Assembly (NCBI RefSeq): GCF_001949145.1
Contig: NW_019091359.1
Location: 1,036,381 to 1,070,735 of the forward strand
Direction of reading: 5' to 3'
Origin: Acanthaster planci
Taxonomy: Eukaryota
Length of the DNA stretch: 34,355 bases
Shown here: one piece after another, positions 1 to 12,300 of the stretch
Layout: the number at the start of each line of letters is the position of its first letter
How positions within the stretch are numbered: position 1 is the stretch's first letter
Program-made: the position numbers and the translations under genes
The notes under the pieces: model-generated
The model's database searches: none
What the model was told of the DNA's origin: nothing
The model's input: the letters and a program-made list of their open reading frames with translations, nothing else

Positions 1-894
1 AACACTTGCCAAACTTCCAGTGAACCAATTAAGTCACAGAAACAAGGTGCCAAACTTAACACTAAACAGGATAAAAAATTTGTAATTTCACAGAGCCATG
101 AATGATGATGAATCACCAAAAATTCTACCTAATTTTTATTCCAATGAGCGAGTAACCAGTCATGAAAAAAAATTGCTTAACTTTCCTTTCAGGAACCAAT
201 GTGCATGAAACAATTTGCCTGCGGTGGCGTTGAGGAATATATGGACAGGGCAAAATTGCCTAACTACCCGTAATTGATTAACAGTAGTAAAATGTTTGTG
301 CAACTTCCCATTGAGCCAGCTTGATAGTATGAAGAATCTGCCAGCTTCAACCGCAGCAATGGTGTCATGCCACTAAAAGAGGGAAACTGCATGATTAAAA
401 GATACCTGAAGCCAATGAACTAGTTTCAAAATTCACAAAAGTATGTGAGTGGCACCATGAATTATGTGTACAAACTCTCTGTACTTTACAGTATATATGT
501 CAAGTTGGACTGGTGGAACTGCCAAATTAGAAGTCACTGCAAAAGGATGATGACTTAGATAAGTATATTCATCTTATAGCCAACTTTAATTCTTGATCCT
601 GGAGTGTTACCGGCCCCAACTCTTTTCCATGACTTGGTTTTGAGTACTGTAGACCTACACAACAAACACGCTTGGCTAACCACGGCTTTCAATTCGGTCA
701 GCATTGGGGTATGTGGATGACTTTGTGCAAAAATAGTGAACAGAACTTCACACAGGATTTTGTACAAAAAGATTACACAAGTTGCCTTTGCTCTCCATGT
801 ACATCTACCAACTCCCTTCCCACAAGAAAACCAAATCATGGGCACACCCCTGAAACCATGAAAAAGAATGAAATTCACTGTCATGGAATATGGG

Positions 895-1348
895 TACCGT
901 AACATGGGGTAACTTTTGTCAGAGGGAGGGGTAACTTTGGTCAGTAAACACTAGAGGGTTTGAAACGTTGTTATTCTCTCAAATGCACAATGGATATGGA
1001 TGTATTAAGTATCATTTTATTCAGAAATATCATAGTTATTCATTTTTTAACATTTTTGTGGTAACCATGGTAACCATTTTTATTTTGATTTGTGAGCTCC
1101 GTTTTGAAGAAGACCAAAACCAAAAGGTGGCCAATGTTGCCCAAAACGCAGAGTAACTTTAGTCACCCCTTTTTTTAACCCTAAGACACCAATAAATTTT
1201 GAAATTCCTTTTTTTTCAGCATCAAAGTTTAGATGAGTATCACTGTGCTCTAAAAAGATGGGAAATTGAAATTGGTTGTCTTTAACTGAGAAGAAATGAT
1301 AACATCAATGTAAAAAATGGCCCAAAGTTACCCCATCTTATGAAAGTA
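895..1348. mobile_element. Non-autonomous TIR element (MITE), pogo/Tc1-mariner-like
   Basis: Left end ta-ccgtaacatggggtaactttt, right end aaagttaccccatctta...ta; the ggggtaacttt motif is repeated subterminally; TA flanks. Confidence 0.7.
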
Positions 1349-2635
1349 CTTAAATTCCACAGAAATGGCTAAAAATTTGGAGGAACCCTTTTTTTCAATG
1401 GAGATTCTAGCAGTCATGATAAATTGTGCCTAACTTTCCGCTGAGTCAGCAGACGGGCGTAATTACTTTGCCTAACTCTCCTTTGACAAGCTAACGGTGG
1501 CTATGAAATAATTTGCCTAGCTTTGCATTGAGAATTAATGGTCACCAGAAAAATGCCTAACTACCCCCTGCGCCGTTACCAGATCAAAATATTTGCTAAG
1601 CATTCCAGTACCTTGACACTAGGAACAATTTTTCAATGTCCCCACAGACTTATTAAACGAGCTAAAATATGAAGTAATGGATTCAGGCTTTTTATTTCTA
1701 ATCTATTGTCGAAGCACAGCAAGATGAAGATCCCGTTTAAAACCAAAATGGCGGCGTCCATTGCAACACTACGTGTTTATAGAAAGCGTGAGTTTAGGAG
1801 CCGTTGTGCTATAAATAAATGCATGTTTGTGAATTAATTCAACGGATGAAATGAGGCAACATTTCAGCTTCGTGTCAGCTCACTTTTTGTTTTAGAGCCA
1901 TGCTGTCAGTTATTATCATTAGGCCGCTATTTGAAAATGACTTAAGCCAACCAACGGTACGGTAGTATGGCCATTTTTGTTACACAACATGTACACTTCT
2001 CCACGTGCTTCCACTGAACAAACCAGCTAACAGTCATTAAGATGATGAGGATAACTTACCACTGAACGCTCACGACGATAAATTTACAGTCCCATAGAGA
2101 CGTATAAAAGCCTTAAAAAATTCTAAATGACTTGCATTTCCAAGTGGCAAGTTAACGGTCAAGAAAAATTTGCCTAACCCCTCCACTGAGCTAGATAACG
2201 GTCATGAAAAAAATTGCCTAACTGTCTTTCCGGAAACTTACGGTCATGAAACAATCTGCCTAACTTTGCATTGAGATTAACGGTAATGAGAAAGTTGCCT
2301 AACTTTCCACTAAATCAGTTAGGCCTACGCAAAGAAAAATATTTGCCCACCTTCAGTTACAACAATTTGACTTCCCAAGTTAACTTCTGCTTCAGTGGCA
2401 GGTTACGCATGTTTCTAAATTTGGTTGAGAGTCCAAAATCTTCTGACCGTTACCGCTGTTGATGCAAAATTAGGCAAATGTTTCTGACCGTTAACATGAT
2501 TAAGGCCTCAATGCAAAGTTAGGCAAATATTTTTGGACCGTTAGCAGCCTCAATGCAAAGTTAGGCAAAATTATTTCCTGACCGTTAGCGCCTCCGTGGA
2601 AAGTTAGGCAAATATTTCCCGACCGTTAAATGGGT

Positions 2636-2853
2636 CTCGAGCTGGACGAAGAGAGGGCGCTATTTTCTTAGCAACGGAGGTGGTTCCTTTGATCGGAACC
2701 ATTTAAAAAAGAGAGATCAATGGTCAAAACTGAACTTCGCTGTTCCACGATTGACTAGGAAATGCATCACTACCAGCAAAATGGCTCCTACTTCTGACCA
2801 ATATGACTCTTTTCAATGGACATGACAGATCAAGGGGTGCTTGCGCTTCTGCT
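2636..2853 (+). repeat. Interspersed repeat, copy 1 (second copy at 26378-26558)
   Basis: ctcgagctggac(g/c)aagagaggg(c/t)gc(t/a)attttcttagcaacggagg...aactgaactt(c/t)gctg...gcttctgct shared by both sites. Confidence 0.85.
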
Positions 2854-3137
2854 TGAGGGAGATAAATCGGTGGTAAGTTAGGCAAATTTTTCTTCACCAT
2901 GTTTAGGCCTAGGCCCCCACCTACTTGAAATAATACTTGGCTCGGTGTAAAATTGGCCAAATGTTTCATGACCATAGTTAAAATGGGAAGAAAGGTTTGG
3001 AATGGCCAAATGGGAAGTTCAGCAATATGCCTATTTCACGATTTTTGAACAAATAGGCCAAGGCCTAAAACATGATTTTGTAGGTGTCTGGTCAAGAATT
3101 TTGATTGACTGAAAATGAGGTCTAAGATATGGGCAAA

Positions 3138-3233
3138 GGCTTGTTGCAAATACTGCATGGGGTGATTTTGCACAATGGTAGAAAGGCATTGCGGGAAGGA
3201 AAAAGGAGCAAACAGTGTCCCTTTTTCCTTCCC
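3138..3233 (+). repeat. Interspersed repeat with an internal 14-bp inverted repeat (gggaaggaaaaagg / cctttttccttccc); related copy at 18137-18218
   Basis: caaatactgcatggg(g)tgatttt(g/a)cacaa..gtagaaa.gc...g.gggaaggaaaaaggagcaaa present at both loci. Confidence 0.75.
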
Positions 3234-3616
3234 CTGGGCTTTTGAGGGCATTCTCTCAGTTGGGGTGACATCACTGAGCTTGGTTCTTCTTTCTGATTGG
3301 TCAGTTGGTGGCAGTTCCATATTTCACACATGGAACTCAAAAGGGGCAAAAATCTGTGTTATAGTCTATGGGAAAATCTAACTTTTGACCAAACTCTTAA
3401 CCGTGACATAAGATATAACTGAAATTTCACTGTTTATGAGTTGTAAACATCTGCCACACCTGTATTGAAAAAGGTTTCGGCTATTTTTATCACAAAAATG
3501 AGGAACACGTGCAAGTCCCTAAGAGTACTTGTACTAAGTGAATGGAGGGTGGCCCGTTTGCCAAGACGTGAGTGCAAGAAATAGAACAACCTCTAACAAG
3601 GCAATAAACTAAAAGC

Positions 3617-3830
3617 GTGCCTGAGATGAGCTACATTTATGCCTTTTATCAGTGTGTATCCGTGAAAACCGCCATCCGCTGGGTGTTCCAACCCCTGGCC
3701 AATTTTCTCAGCTCTTACATGTATGTGGTGTTGGCAGCTGTGCACGAGCAAACATTTAACATTGTCAAGGCCTTGATCTCTAACAAGAGCAAATGTGCAA
3801 CACCATCCATGGCCTTTTACAATTACAGAT
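3617..3830 (+). mobile_element. Decayed Ty3/Gypsy pol fragment (RT to RNase H linker)
   Basis: Translation MSYIYAFYQCVSVKTAIR...HEQTFNIVKALIS...PSMAFYN resembles the Gypsy consensus MxNYxxxFIPxxSxxTAPLR...W..HxxAFxxxKxxIS..PxLAFYD. Confidence 0.45.
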
Positions 3831-5094
3831 TTGTAGATCAAAGTGGTTATGTTGAAAAACCAACACCCCTGGATAACGTAATTTCAATACTGTAGACCTA
3901 CCGGTACATAATAGGGTGGGGGGGTTATGGGTGGCTTACCATCCTTTTCATGAAATATAACATCGTCAGCATTGGGCATTAATGATAGTCCAAGTTTGTG
4001 AAAAACCCACCAACAGAATTTCCAAATTCTCAAATTGTTGGCTTTGGTGCCAGTATGTGCATACATCTGTTAATTCAGCCCCCCCCCCCCATCCTGGGCC
4101 CACCCCTGGAATTATACGACCAATTTTCAAATTCAGAGAGTCAAAACTGGAGGTTCACACAGGAATAAGGACAATCATTTCAAGCACTAGTGTTTCATGA
4201 AACTTCACCAATTACTGTTTTATTACTGCTTCACAATCACGGTCACAATTTTCACTACAAGTGCTTTTGACACTGACAGGGTAAAAACACAAACTTTAAA
4301 CCCTAACTATACTGAAACCAATAATATCCAACAGTAGGTCCTTTCTGTGGGATTTTTGTTGATGTGAGCAGTGAGCAAAAGGACTTGTGCTCTAGCTGTT
4401 GGATTCTGTAGGGTTCGACTGGCTTCACACCTTTTCAGATAATTCAGAGGGTAAAATGCCAGTTACAAATGGGTACAAGCAGACTTAAAAATTTTCCAGA
4501 ACCTTTTCCTCATTAGGGTTTGTAATTCTGAGTCTTGCAGTAGAGTCAATGTTAGGTCTTTGCATTGACTAGAAAAAGAAGCTTAGTTCATTGTACAAAT
4601 GCTATGCAAAGAATGCCTATTGTGTTCTTACTTTCGGTAAACTCTTCGTTACTTTCAGTATGCTTTCATAAATTGCAAGAGAAACTGGTTTACATCGTTT
4701 TCTTCAGAAATGCTCTTCAGACTTTAAGGTCATTAACAAAATATTCACACTAAAAGGTCGTTAATGAAATCTTTTAAAAACTTGAAATACAAGCAAAGTC
4801 CTGGTGAAGATATGAGACACAGTCCGAAAAAATGATTTTTATCAGTGAAATAATGTGGAACATTACATGTATCTGTTTCTTTATAAAAATTCTTTCATGC
4901 TTATAGAATTAATAGGGCCCTAAAATTATTTTCAAAATCATCAGTGCTATACTGCCATAATGCCCTCATAGCACTGACCCGACGATTTGTTCATGTATAT
5001 GATTTAGATAATTTTGCACAGTTTGAATAAACACTCGGCCTCATCTGGGTGCTATACTGGCAAGCATTACCCCTGAATTGGTGCAAAAGCATGT

Positions 5095-5153
5095 TTAACC
5101 CTAACAGTCCTCAATCCTTCACCTGTTGGAGGATTGAGGACTGTTAGGGTTAA
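5095..5153. mobile_element. Minimal piggyBac-like palindromic element (TTAA-CCCT...AGGG-TTAA)
   Basis: Perfect 24-bp inverted arms ttaaccctaacagtcctcaatcct / aggattgaggactgttagggttaa with an 11-nt spacer. Confidence 0.75.
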
Positions 5154-6865
5154 TGGTGTCTTAAAAAAGGAGCAATGGATAAGGCCTTGTCAACATTCCA
5201 TGTTTAGACCAGCATTTACAATATTTAACAAGAGTTCCCAGAGTTGATATTATCCCTTTCAATTTAATGCTAACTAAATTTACGTCATATATTTAAGTAC
5301 AGAATATTGTAAATGAAATTTTAAAATATATTTTCAAACCAATCTCTGTATGTCATGTGTGCACACTACAGTATGCTCAAGTGAAAATGTACAAAATGAA
5401 ATTGTTCTGTAGGGGAACAGGAGTTTAATACATTGCACCATACACAAAGAGTGAATGTAGTGATGTACAGTAGGACAAGTAGATATACCTTTAAATAATG
5501 CCATCTGTATCTGGGGAGACAACTCTTTACTCGTAAACGAAGCGCTACAGTCGCCTACCATAAAATAGTTGAGCCTGCGATATTACTTGGGAATAAACTG
5601 TTGAATAGAGACTTTGGGACCATGTCAAGAGTTCTCTAGAATGTTTGTAAGGAGTTAATTCTACTCTCAACACATTGTAAAATGATAGTTGAGATCATTT
5701 TATTGCGGAGTAAAAATGTACTTGGTATAGTACAAGTCCTTTGGCTGACAGAACTCTAACTCTCTCCGTCTTCCACTGCTGCTGGAACCGGAACACTCTG
5801 AAGGTCGCTGGTCAGTTTATGGCCCAGAAATTCACCTTTTAGAGGATTATAGGCATCCTACCTAAATAATGGTGGTAAGATCGTAGGTTATACCTTCAGA
5901 TAAAGAGCTATGTGTTCATTGATTTGATTACTACATGTAAGTGGCTCAAAAAGTGTGTTTTTGGCTGTATTAATTAACGTAATTGAAACGCTTCAAAATG
6001 TCTGTGTCATGCACAATGCACATTATTTATTGCCGTAGGTGGCTGGTAGCGAGAGCACACTGGCTTGGCAGTTTTTTTGGTCCTTGTTCGCTGATCTTGG
6101 TCCTCACATTACATCCAGATTACTACTGTTGGATTAACCTTCCTGCACTCAAGCAGGATCCGAGGAGCGAACACAGAAATAAATGCCAAGATCAAGATTA
6201 CAGTCACCGCAACTCCTGGGAGCTGTTATTTCTGAGTGTTATGCACCCTCACTCTGAGGTGGAGTTCACACCCCTCCTTGACAGGAGCTTACTAGGAGAC
6301 TAATACTTTAGAAAGTGAGTTTGAAGGGAAAGATGTTAGATGGTCTTTTTGCTCTGTACAAGTGGAGTTAGAGAGCAACGATGGGAGTGCAATCCCAGGT
6401 ATTCACAATGACAACAAAGACTCTGGGGGTAGATTTAGCAACAGCGACGGATGTGCCTACAGAAATCCCACGAAGGGACAAATTTTTCTGTAAATACAGA
6501 CAACCATTCCATTTTGTTGTTTGTGTCCAGTGCCGTGTTATTCTCGGGTGGGGAACCTTTAAGGAAGTCGTGTTGGAAATGTGTGCCAAGCCACCGCCAT
6601 AGCAATATAGACTACAAGTACATGCACATGTGGTAGTATATGTCATACATGTACATGCCCACACGTACATGTATTTGCTTTAGGCGGGGAGGGTGAAGGG
6701 AGATACCTGTATGGCAGTTGGTTTCCTGGGACCCCCATGGGCCTGAATTATTCTTGACAAATTTCTTGCCTGGATGGAAAGAGGGAACGAGTTTCTACTG
6801 GAAGAGAACGCACATCCTGTGGCTGGACTTTTTTAAAACTGAGTTGTGATTTTAAACCCAAACTC

Positions 6866-7440
6866 TGGTAATGCAGGCGTTGTGGTGGTGGCAGCGGCTG
6901 TGGGGTTACATCAACCGTGAGAGAATCCATCTGCTGTAAGGAGTTCAAGGAGTTTGCTTAACATATCTGTGTAAGTGTGACTGTCCAGGATATCAACTAC
7001 AGCATCCTGCATGTTGCTTCAACACAGTCTGTTTTGTTTGATGGGCTCTACAAACAGCAAACTTGCAGTTTCGCCAGCAATATGGCTTGACCCGCTAATG
7101 ATGTCATTAGGCAACAGAAAAACCACTGAGTACACAATTTTTGGTTGGAAAAGAGCAATTTCAGTCAAAATAAATTAAGTTTGTAGACACTTGTAAATAA
7201 ACTATGTACATGCAACTGTACACCAAACTGAATAGTTTTTTGGTTTCATTTTTACATGTACTTGCAGGAAAAGCAAAATGTTGGGCAGCTGATGGTTGGA
7301 TTTCGTAGAAATGCTGAAGATGTAACCGTCTGTATTGTCATGTATCGGCGATTGGAAATGGCCGAGTTACAGCTCAGTATCCCAACCACGAGAGTGCTGT
7401 AAAGTAGTTGTAGGAGAAACTTTTCAAGGGTTCCTTCTCT
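6866..7440 (+). pseudogene. Decayed P2X7-ballast/nanor-like (KolX-type) gene, probably from a Kolobok DNA transposon
   Basis: Frameshifted pieces W*CRRCG...C..STVRESICCKE and HPACCFNTVCFV*WALQTANLQFRQQYG match the WCxCGxC...ExxCCxE and HPGFxxVCLxxWVLQTAxxxYRQxYG signatures; a weak RVTAQYP...FQGF tail follows an intron-like gap. Confidence 0.55.
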
Positions 7441-7852
7441 GAAGGAAACAACGAGCAAAGAGGCAGTACCCTGCTCTGATACTTCAGTGCATGTCGCCGT
7501 TTGTGTACCATCTCATCAGAGACAGTGGTTTTCTCCAACTCACTACTCCAAGCATCCATCATTCACATATCACAATACCATCCCCCCTCCCACATTAGCA
7601 TCAATACAGACATGGTAAGAATGCGTGACATAAACACAAGAATCACCCCTGATGCTACCCCCACTGTATCAACTCAATATCACTTTTGACAAGATGGAGA
7701 GAAAAACGCCACTGTGTACAATACATGCAGCATGAACATGCAGCTTCCTAGTTGTGGGAAATACGTACATGTACATGTACATGAATTTGTTGTGCAATCA
7801 GTTCCTTCAAAAGGAACGTACGTAAAAGGATGTAAAGAACCCCTCTCTATTC

Positions 7853-8370
7853 CATAACTGCCAACCGTTCCGATTAAATCGGAATTGTCCCGATTTTTAA
7901 GTTTACAGACCGCAAAAACTTGGAACGTTCCAATTTTCAACAAAATAGAAAAAAAAATAATAAAAAACATAAAGAGTCATGGCAAAAGAGGGTGCTAATG
8001 TACAGGAAAAAAGAGGGCACCATTGACTTTTTTTTCATTGGTCACCATCTTGTGTAGCGACGGTCGCATCTAACGTGACTTTCGTTTGCGCATGTGTAGT
8101 CGTGATCAGGCATGTTAGGTGGTGTAACCTCGGTTCCAATAGAGACTTGTTGCAGGATTTAACGAGTTTGTACAGCGACATAGAGAAGGATAAGAAGCAA
8201 AAACGCTTGCAAAGATTCAAGGACGAATACAAAGAGCCGTTCCAATTCATAACGACATCACGTAAGGATGAATTTTTCCCATTATGCAAGATTTGAGGCA
8301 CTATATCAGTCATTCCACGGGGATGCAGATAGGGAATCGTCACAAGCATCAAGTTCCAAAAGGAACTGAG
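7853..8370 (+). mobile_element. 5' end of a truncated hAT-like DNA transposon (terminus plus zinc-finger N-terminus of the transposase)
   Basis: Terminus cataactgccaaccgttccgattaaatcggaattgtcccgattt; downstream KKQKRLQRFKDEYKEPFQFITTSRKDEFFPLCKI* resembles the BED/TTF-type N-terminus of invertebrate hAT transposases; no partner TIR found. Confidence 0.5.
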
Positions 8371-9058
8371 AAGTATGTATTTTGGGTTTAAAGAAAGTAT
8401 CTAACTCAAGGTATGGGAAGACTTGACAATTACTGCTTCAGTTTCAAGCTATTGGTGGTTGGCAAGAACAAACGACACAATCGTGTTGCTATAGATTGCA
8501 GGTTTCAAGGTTGGTTAGAACTACGGGCTATCAACAAATTGACAGTCTCATCTGTTGATAAAGTTCAAGAATACTGAGTTGAAGATTTGTGTCATTGGAT
8601 TGTTGCGTAGCTGATCAAGGAAGAAAATGGTGCATCTCTCAGCTTGGAGTAGCCAGGGAAGGGACAAGACTAAGATGAAGATCAAAGTACCTGTATGTGT
8701 ATAATTTTTGGAAAAGAAAAGAGCATTTCCTTGCTCTGAAGCTCTTGGCTCGTGGAATTGAAACTGCACTGTTCAATCCCACAAACCTGTCTTCTAGACA
8801 GCTTCAAGTTTTCCTCAGTGTCAGCATTTCTCAGCTTAAACACAAAGACGTAAACACATACATGATTTCTCAATTTTTGTTTTTCAATTTTATGGGCAGA
8901 AGGCTTTCGAGAGGTCTGAGAAAAACAGCTAAGCAAGAAGGAGGATTTGGACAACTTCACAACCCCAAAGGCATTGTGCCACTTTAATAAACAGCAGATG
9001 AAAACCTACCGAAAAGACTCTACAGTCAACGCTTATAGTATAAAGTCAGCAATTTTAA

Positions 9059-9640
9059 GTGGTCATCCCAACTTTTGTGATGCATTTGCAGTCTGAAATC
9101 TGTGCACAGAGGTCTATCACTGGTGTCCTTTGCGGTCATCATTACAACCGTAGTACAGGGGTGCCACAAGATTGTTTTGAAGCACTGCATTGGTGGAGAT
9201 GGCAAGCATTCATGGAAACACTGGGTCCTGAAAAGGTAGCATCTGTTGAATTGTTGGCATCTCTCAAAGAGGAGTTTCCAAAATCACAGTTCAATGATAT
9301 CGTCAGATCACAAGGGAGAGACAGAAGTGGACGTGCGAATAGAGACACAGATAAGAGTGAGTAAAAAGGAAGAGAATGCAGGGAGCGCTGAATTTAACTA
9401 AGTTCAGAATATGTTCAATCCATTCAACCAAGGTACAGATGGCTTCATCAACATTGTCTCTGCAATGGAGGTGCCAGATTCCATCGCTGCTGACATTATG
9501 AAGGCTAAAGAACAGCGGGAATCGGCTTTCAACGACTTCTGCAATGGGAGATTGCGAAGAAGGTCCATGACCCTATCAAAAAGTTGAAAATAAAAACATT
9601 CCGAGATGTAGGACAAGTGGTCTGCACTAAGTGAGCAGAA
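9059..9640 (+). mobile_element. Decayed Academ-like transposase fragment
   Basis: SEICAQRSITGVLCGHHYNRS..V....FEALHWWRWQAF and NMFNPF....FINIVSAMEVPDSIAADIMKAKE....AFNDFCNGRL, then a frameshifted HDPIKKLKIKTF: motifs typical of the large XPG/CXC-associated Academ ORFs; internally deleted. Confidence 0.6.
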
Positions 9641-11957
9641 AGGCAGGCTGTCTCGAAAGCAGAGTGCAAATTAATATGTATTTTTAAGGTTGTGAAAAGT
9701 ACAAGTAGGCATGCAAGGCAACTTGTATTTCTGACAATATGAAAGTCTTGATGAAAAGCAGGCTTTTCACAATGTCCTGACTTCCTGACACACAAGGCAG
9801 AATGTTTGAACTCAGCTAAGACTTAACCAGATGTTAGTTGAGACTTGAACATTTTCTCAGAGCAACACTTACCACCAGAATGGCCTGTAGATTTTTATTT
9901 TCAGCTGTGAAATTGACAGACAAAAGCTGACATGCTTTATGGCTGAAAGAAGCATGTGTGGCTGCACCACAATTAGGCAACTGAAGCCCAGACAATGCAT
10001 ACCTCAGCTACATGTATAGAAACAAAAGCTTTAAGATTTTTTTCCTTAAATTTATCATATTTCAAGGCATCTTTGGGACCGGTGAAATTGCAGTGAAATT
10101 GACAAAAGAAGGAGGTCGTTACTTTATCAAGTATTTTACTGAATATTTTTTGCAGATCCTTATGTAAGTTACAAGTATTAGCATTTATTACTTTCATAAC
10201 ATTCTGTGACTATTCGAAATGGCAAAATTGACACCTTTCCCTTGGACGTGATCTCTTTGTGGTGTGGTGAGTGTGATGGGGGGGAAGTGTGATAGGTAAA
10301 TGCAAGGACGAAAACATTACACCCGTTCTACATGTAGCTGTCACGATGGTATTCACTGTGACGTCATCAGGAGTCGCTTGACGTAAAATTAAAGATGCGA
10401 AGTTCAATTCACATCTTCTGAAGTAGTACATGCATGATTTTTTGGAAACCTTGGAGGTATCTAGAAAAGAAATTGTTCTAGACAAAAAGTGACACCATGT
10501 GATGATGGCATTATCATGTGACAAGTCACGCGACATTAACTCTTCAAAGCATAGCAAGAAAGGGAAGTTTTATACATGTAGGCTCAAATTGGCATCATGT
10601 TATGATTACGTTATCGCTTGAAAAGTACATGTATATGTCCAATTCAGTTTAAATTTGGCACATAGCTAGGAAGGGAAGTGTTACAGAGGATAAATAGCAT
10701 AATCCAATACGGTGATAGTCGACTCAGAAATTCCGAAATTTTACACTTTTCCGACCTATTGCATCAAGATAATTTTCAACTTGCAGGTGTCATGTATGAG
10801 AGTATTGAGCCTTCATTTGCTGTGAAATAAAATGAGATTGCATTTCTCTCTGCTAACTTTCCAAGTGTCACGTTATTTTTTTTGTTCTAAGCACATCAAA
10901 ATCATATCAACCACTAAGGGCACTGTGTCGTGCCATGCATACCACACGTTCATGTGTAGTTTAGGCAAACGCTGTCAACGTACACACAGATCCGAACCAG
11001 TACCAGGCTAGAATTGGTACTTTATAAGATGAAGCAACACATTCCGTTCGCTATTTTCGCTGACAAAAACCACTGCCAACCAATAACCATCTCTATTGGA
11101 AATGTGTTCGTTTCCAGGTAATTGTGGGTGTCACAATCACTCTGATAGGCTTATTTCATGACGTATCCTCATATAAGGCAATGACTGTGCACATTTCATG
11201 CTACTCACCACATGCATGTGTAAAGACCACCACTCGAAGCCACTGCACCTGGGATCCTGAATACTTTTTGTGTGTAATCACAGAAAACCGTACCATCATG
11301 TGTGTTGTTGAATGAACTTTTCTTATCTTTACATTTCCATCATCATGTCTGCCCTTGAAGACATCATTCATCAAGAAGAAGGCAAGGTGGAGCACATTGA
11401 CAAAGGGATTAAAACTCCTGGCGATGGGAGTGGATTGAGGCCAAAATAAGAGGAGCGTTCTTGTCCAAATTTATTTGGAAATTGGCAAAACCTGGTAGGG
11501 CAGTGGTGCGATGTAGAAATTAATTACGCTTCCAGCACGTGCAGAATCGTTGATATACAACAGCGAACTCAAGACACGGAAAACGAATTATCGTCTGTCA
11601 GGTACATGTATACATGTACATAATCAACATGGTTTTTGGCCGTAAAGGGCTGCGCGCTCAAAAGTTTCAGCTTTTTTCATTTTCTGAGAACTTCATCCCT
11701 GGATTTTGTTCTTTTCACCAATCGCAAATTAAACATTGTAAGACTTGATCCTGGAATTCTGGCAAAGCATCTTTCTCAAAGCACATAATTTTTTCGAAGC
11801 CGCCATTTTGCTAGAGCTCGTTGCAAATTAGTACAGTTCCCAGGTATTGAAAGCCCCTGCAGTGGACGACCATGATGGCCAGAAGCTGTTCTGCAACTGT
11901 AGGCAAGAGGACGCTGACGCATCAGTGGTTGGTTGTGGAAAGCTCCTAGCCTAAGAG

Positions 11958-12300
11958 GTTGAAAAAGCAATTCATGAAGGTATAGACGCCAAGTAAGAAG
12001 GGTCAGTCACGAAAATGGACTGGCATCAAGGGATCAAGCTTACCCAAGATGGCTGTAGAGTGATCTAGAGAACTTCAAGGAGAACACTTTCTGTCTAAAA
12101 AGAAGTCAAAACAAGCCTCCCGGCCTACCAACGGTGAAAAAGCATCAATTCATGAAGGTATAGATGCCAAGTAAGAAGGGTCAGTCACGAAAATGGACTG
12201 GCATCAAGGGATCAATGGCATCTTGCCCAAGATGGCTGCACAGTGATCTAGACAACAACTTCAAGGAGAACACTTTCTGTCTGAGAAAAAAACAAAAACA
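11958..12300 (+). repeat. Tandem duplication of a ~170-bp unit (11958-12115 and 12132-12300)
   Basis: caattcatgaaggtataga(c/t)gccaagtaagaagggtcagtcacgaaaatggactggcatcaagggatcaa...aacttcaaggagaacactttctgtct occurs twice. Confidence 0.95.

Larger units (their letters stand above)
1..3035. repeat. Degenerate ~40-45 bp tandem repeat (core taacggtcatgaaaa-atttgcctaacttt), direct at ~1-420, 1360-1610 and 2130-2380, inverted at ~2400-2630 and 2870-3035; interrupted by other insertions
   Basis: Recurrent tgcctaac/taacggt motifs, then their reverse complements gttaggca/accgtta. Confidence 0.85.

Noticed and set aside
2130..2630. CRISPR-like look of conserved repeat cores separated by variable linkers
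   Set aside because: The linkers are only ~8-15 nt and related to each other, the repeats are degenerate and bidirectional, there are no cas genes and the context is an intron-rich animal genome; this is a satellite or TIR module
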